Shown here piece after piece: positions 59,251 to 64,000 of a DNA stretch of 64,000 nucleotides. Location of the stretch: NCBI RefSeq assembly GCF_000143415.4, contig NW_003314293.1:1680457-1744456 (forward strand). The letters run 5' to 3'. The notes beneath the pieces were generated by a model. It was not told the DNA's origin. It saw only the letters and a list, made by a program, of their open reading frames with translations, and did no database searches. Within the stretch, counting starts at the first letter, position 1. Every line of letters begins with the position of its first letter. The stretch is from Selaginella moellendorffii (taxonomy: Eukaryota; Plantae; Lycopodiophyta). Position numbers and translations under genes: made by a program.

Positions 59251-60804
59251 TTCCTTGCCCAGGAAAGCATATTCAACTTAAATGTGGTAAGGTACTTATA
59301 GAGTAGTTTTGTTTTGTCAAATATCATTTTTGCATGGAGTTTCCATAATATGAAAGAGAATGTGGAGTTCACATTTTTTATATTAATCTTAAATAATATG
59401 ACAAGTTAACATAGATGAGTAGAACATGCTTGGAATCTACATTTGTTATTTCAAAGGTAGTAGATCAATTTCCAATAGCTTAACTTGTAATTATAGTTAC
59501 TAAAGCAATAAACAAGTTGATTTTTCAAAATGTCTTTAAGTTGGAAACACTCTGACTATTTCACCTTAATAATTGATAATAATCTTTTGGTGCTTACCAA
59601 TAAATAAAAATATAACTTAAAATATTATTTTGTGCTTACTTTAAAATATCTTTGCAAAATATGAAATGTTATAAAGAACTCCAAAAGGAAATCTAGTTTT
59701 TTTTTAGAAGTCCTCAAATCTCAATGCAATTTTAAAGCTCAAAAGTGAATTCAACTACAATTCCTTTCAAAGCATTGCTTTTCTAGGATTAATGTAAGTT
59801 GAAGTTGAGAAATAATGTTATGTTTTTAAATGGTATTGGAAGTGGAGTTGATCTCATTAAATGGATTTAACCAAGCAATACTTATAGGTGTACTTTGACT
59901 ATATATATTGAATTAACAAATAGTCTATAATGACTACCATTGTGTATAACCCTAGGTAAATATGCAATTATTAAGTTATTATGCTAATAATGTTCTCTTA
60001 TGTAAAGTGTAATTTTTGATGGTGATATCTATATGTGATATGAAAGGAGAGGACACATTAGTTCAATTTTTTTTTTTTTGGGAGGGGGGGGGGGAATACT
60101 ACTAAACAAAACATATTAAGTTGGAACAGGATCTTCAATACAATCAACATTTTATAGTTTCATGAATGATGAAATGTAAGTTAATTGACAAGCTATTAAA
60201 ATTGTCTACAATGGTGGTCTAAACAAAGTTTTTAAAGTTTCTGTTAGTGGAGAGAGGAGTTGTCTTTTACATTAGGAGCAAAGTTTATATGAACATGCAA
60301 CAAAAATGCATTTGAGTTAAATACTATGGTAAACACAAATGGTTGTGCAGAAGTTTAAAAATTATAAGCATTTTACTTGTTTTTCCACATTAGGGTACTC
60401 TAATTATTTCTCAAATGAGCAAGTCCTAGTATTGAATTTTTTTATTAATTCTATTTTTTTCATAGATAAGTTCTGAAACAATTATTACCCAAGTGTTAAC
60501 AATAAATCTTACTAAGAGTTATTGAAAATAAAATCTTAAAATCTTACTAAGAATTTGCAATATGGCTATTGAAAATAAATGACTCTAAATGTGTATCTTT
60601 AATTGAATCTTACTTGAATAACTTGGTCATCTCTATCCTATAACAATCCTTTATGCACATTTATATGAAAGGCCAAGTGATAGGAAATAGATTGAACCTT
60701 AAGGATTTTATGACATATTTATTTACTATAACATTGATATGACTTTTTTATCACAAGCTCATAAAAGTGATGGGATCAGTTTTAAATAATCTTGGAACTC
60801 AATT

Positions 60805-63800
60805 TGTAACAAAACTATTTGGGAACTTTGAAATTATCATAAAGAAGTGATAAGCAAGTAAACTAATGCAATTGATAGATTTGCACCATCCTAAGTACGA
60901 ATATATCACTAAAAAGCAAAAAGGACTAATGCTTCTAAGCAACTAAGAGCCTAAGTACTTCTAAGATGAAAAACAAAAGATTCATAATATTGAATGGGTT
61001 ATATGTTGATTTAGAGTAAAATATGCAATTAAATGATTTTATGCACTTTAGCTCTATGAGTGCATGGAATATGGAAAGGGAATACAGAAATGTGCATATT
61101 AATTAGCCCAAAAACTCTAGCTTATATACAAGAGCAAATGGTCTGGATTGAAACTAATTTGACAATTACCAAAATCCCACTACACTAATATTAATATACG
61201 ACATTGTAGTTGTACACTTGGCCCTCACATCATCCCCTCCTCTTGGAATAATGGAAGACCATCAGGGTTCTCTTGTAGATGGGCCAGGATCTGGAGGAAC
61301 GTCAAGAGGTGGCATCAATGGATCTGTAAGTAGTATTAATTGTTCTTGATCCCTATGTATGAAGTGTTTCAACTGTTACACATGCACAATCTTTGGAGGA
61401 TCGGTTTGCTAGACGTCATGCCAAACCTCATAAATTTGTGGTCCAACTTGCGGCAATACTCGATACGATCCTTTCCATGGAGCAAGGAGCCTCTTAGATA
61501 AACCATATACTATAAGATAGGGAAAATGGATTAACACTAAGTCATCCATTTTGTACTCCACAGGTGGATGATGATGGGAGTTGTAACACTGTTATTGTCC
61601 CACTTGTACATGGTTTAAGTGTTCGGCAGATTCTGCTCGGACAAGTGGAAAAATGCTCGTCAAATACTGATCCCATGACCTAACATTCGCAATTTGTGGC
61701 AATCGCAAAGGTAAATCCAGCTCCGTTGGTAATATTGGATCATGACCATATAAGAGTTTATATGGTGAAGCACCAATAGAATTTTGTACCTCTGTGATAT
61801 ATGTATACCGAAAAGACGGCAAATAAACATCCCAATCTAAATGCTGAAAGTTCATATACTTCGCAATCATCCCTTTGAATGTTTGAACGAGCCGTTCCAC
61901 CAAACCGTTTGATTGTGAATGATAAGCACTCATGAAAGTATGGCATATCCCCAATTGAGACGTCAAAACATGAAATGCCTCAACCATAAATGCGGGACTA
62001 TTATCTGAAAGAATATGCTCTAGACAAGAATGCTAAAACACCACTTGATTAAGGAGGAAGTATCCAACAGCAGTTGCAAAGGTGCTAGCAAAAGCAACAA
62101 TTTCCACATAATGAGTCAAATAGTCAGAAGCAATAATAACATACTTATTGTTAATAGTCAATCATGGAAAAGGTCCCATAAAATCAAATGCCACCAACTC
62201 AAATGGACAGAAAATTACAATTGATTTCAACCATCCTTCTGCGGTACGAAGAAGAGTATTACGAGTTTGGCATTAAACGTAGTTATGCATATATTGGATA
62301 ACATCACGTTTCATCTCCGGCAAATAGAAGCTTCTAGGTCATACAACGATGTCCCATATGCCTGCCTAGAACAGGAGAATCATGGTAGGCATGGAGAAAC
62401 CGTAGAATAAAGACAAAAGGCACCACCAGCCATAAAGGATCATCAGGATCTGTTCCCACAAAATAAATAAGGTTGTCTTTAAGGCGATATTGAGAATGTA
62501 AATGCCAGAATGGCAAATCATCAGCAAGTGATGCAGGATTTTTAAACCCATCTCGAAGCCTTCTAATCCACAGCTCAATCTTTTGAGCCTCACAAACCTC
62601 CTCAAGAGAAGGTAGATCTTGCTCTGCATCTTGTTGACATTGAACATCAAGTATAATAACCATTAACGGCATAAAATTCTCGTCTAGAAAATCCATAAAT
62701 GCTAGAACAACAAACTCATCAGAAACATGAAAAAAGAGTGGAGAAGGAAGAGAAGCTTGAAAAAGGGCATCAGCATCAGCCATAAAACTCCCAAAGTGAT
62801 GAACATCATCAAAATCATATATTTGAAGCATCAAAGCCCACTAAGTAGTACGATCAACCAAGTTCTTTCACTTCAATAATGAAGTAACAGCAGCATGATC
62901 ACCTTCAAGTAATGTCCAAAAACCATGTAGATATGCATGAAGTTTTTTCGAAACCTAAACTGTTGTTAAACACTTCTTTGTCGTGGAGTAGTTCACCTTC
63001 GCTGGTTGTAACATATGGTTTATATACGCAATAGGATGGTGCTGACTAAGCACACTTGGGCTTTCTTGCATCAACACACCTCCAATACCAATATCAGAAG
63101 CATTCACATGCAAAATAAAAGGTCGAGTGTAGTCAAGATATGCCAAAATTGGAGGAGTCGTCAATAGCTTTTTGAGATCCACAAACGCCCACTCACAATC
63201 TGTATACTAGATAAAAGATGACATTGATGACTTCAGCAATGCTCGCAACGGTGCAATGCGATCAAAAAGACGATCCACAAAACGACCGAGATACTGCATC
63301 TTGTCCAGGAAACACTGCACATCATTCATACACTTTAGAGTAGGGAACTTTAGAATAGCCATAAGTTTGTCAGGATCAATTTGCAAACCCTCATGAAAAA
63401 TATAGTACCCAAGATAAGTTGTGTTTTTAGACCCAAACATACACTTCGACCACTTCAGTTTTAAACCAACGTCCTGCAGCCAATCTAACACTTTACAAAC
63501 ATCACGAATGTGCTCCTCCCACATCCCCTTTGAGTGGATCATTATCAATGAAGTTAACAGTCATCTTTGGCATATCTCGTCTATCATCCACTGGAAAGTT
63601 GCTAAAGCATTGTTCAAACTAAATGGCATCACCAAGAACTTATATAAACCAAACGGTGTACAAAAAGTAGTCTTAAGAATATCTTCTTCAGCCATCAGTA
63701 CTTGCTAGTACTTAGAAGCAAGATATATCTTGGTGAACCAACGACTTCACCCCAAATGATCCAAGAGATCAGTAGTGTGAGGAAGAGGGTACACATCCGG

Positions 63801-64000
63801 AATCGTCACTTCGTTTAACAGATGATAATCGATACACAAACAAATACTCCCATCAGGCTTCATCACAAGATGAGGTTCACATGCCCAAGAACTCTACAAC
63901 TTCCGAATAACACCCTTCTCCAACATCTCCTTCATATTTGCATGTAAAATCTTGATCTCTTTGAGTGATCGATGATGAACATGAACCTTGATTGGATGCA
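60805..64000 (-). mobile_element. Decayed Ty3/gypsy retrotransposon (RT-RNaseH-integrase), with PPT and start of 3' LTR
   Basis: RT (KPDGSICLCIDY, VYPLP, VMPFSL), RNase H (LHVNASDIGIGGVLMQ) and integrase (SAYHSQSNGLVER) in gypsy order, with many stops. Polypurine tract AAGAGGAGGGGA at about 61244-61233 is followed by TGTGAG at 61229. The distal LTR end is uncertain. Confidence 0.88.

Overview
Gene-dense land-plant nuclear DNA with very short introns (about 45-60 nt) and tiny intergenic gaps. This architecture and the gene content suggest a lycophyte such as Selaginella (inference). Recognisable genes: a tandem FRO pair (one intact, one decayed), HSP70T-2-like, CRY-DASH, a ubiquitin-like/LRR protein, WDR12/YTM1, two PPR genes, CCS1, NAP1, a VNS-type NAC factor, CCB3, a class III peroxidase, TIM10 (not recovered as such by the ORF track), NOM1, SKP1, a DCD-domain protein, two conserved unknown proteins and four tRNA genes or copies. 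Decayed Ty3/gypsy relics and a scattered F-box pseudogene family fill the rest. Three items stand out. (1) At 51771-52544 (-) a secreted polyprotein carries ten 12-residue motifs: two CLE-type, six IDA-like and two intermediate. (2) At 1474-1777 (+) a three-exon gene invisible to the ORF track encodes a 6-Cys Pin-II-like inhibitor that has lost exactly one disulfide pair, within a cluster of decayed copies. (3) The DCD gene appears to start at a CUG codon. All family assignments come from motif recognition by eye; no database searches were run.
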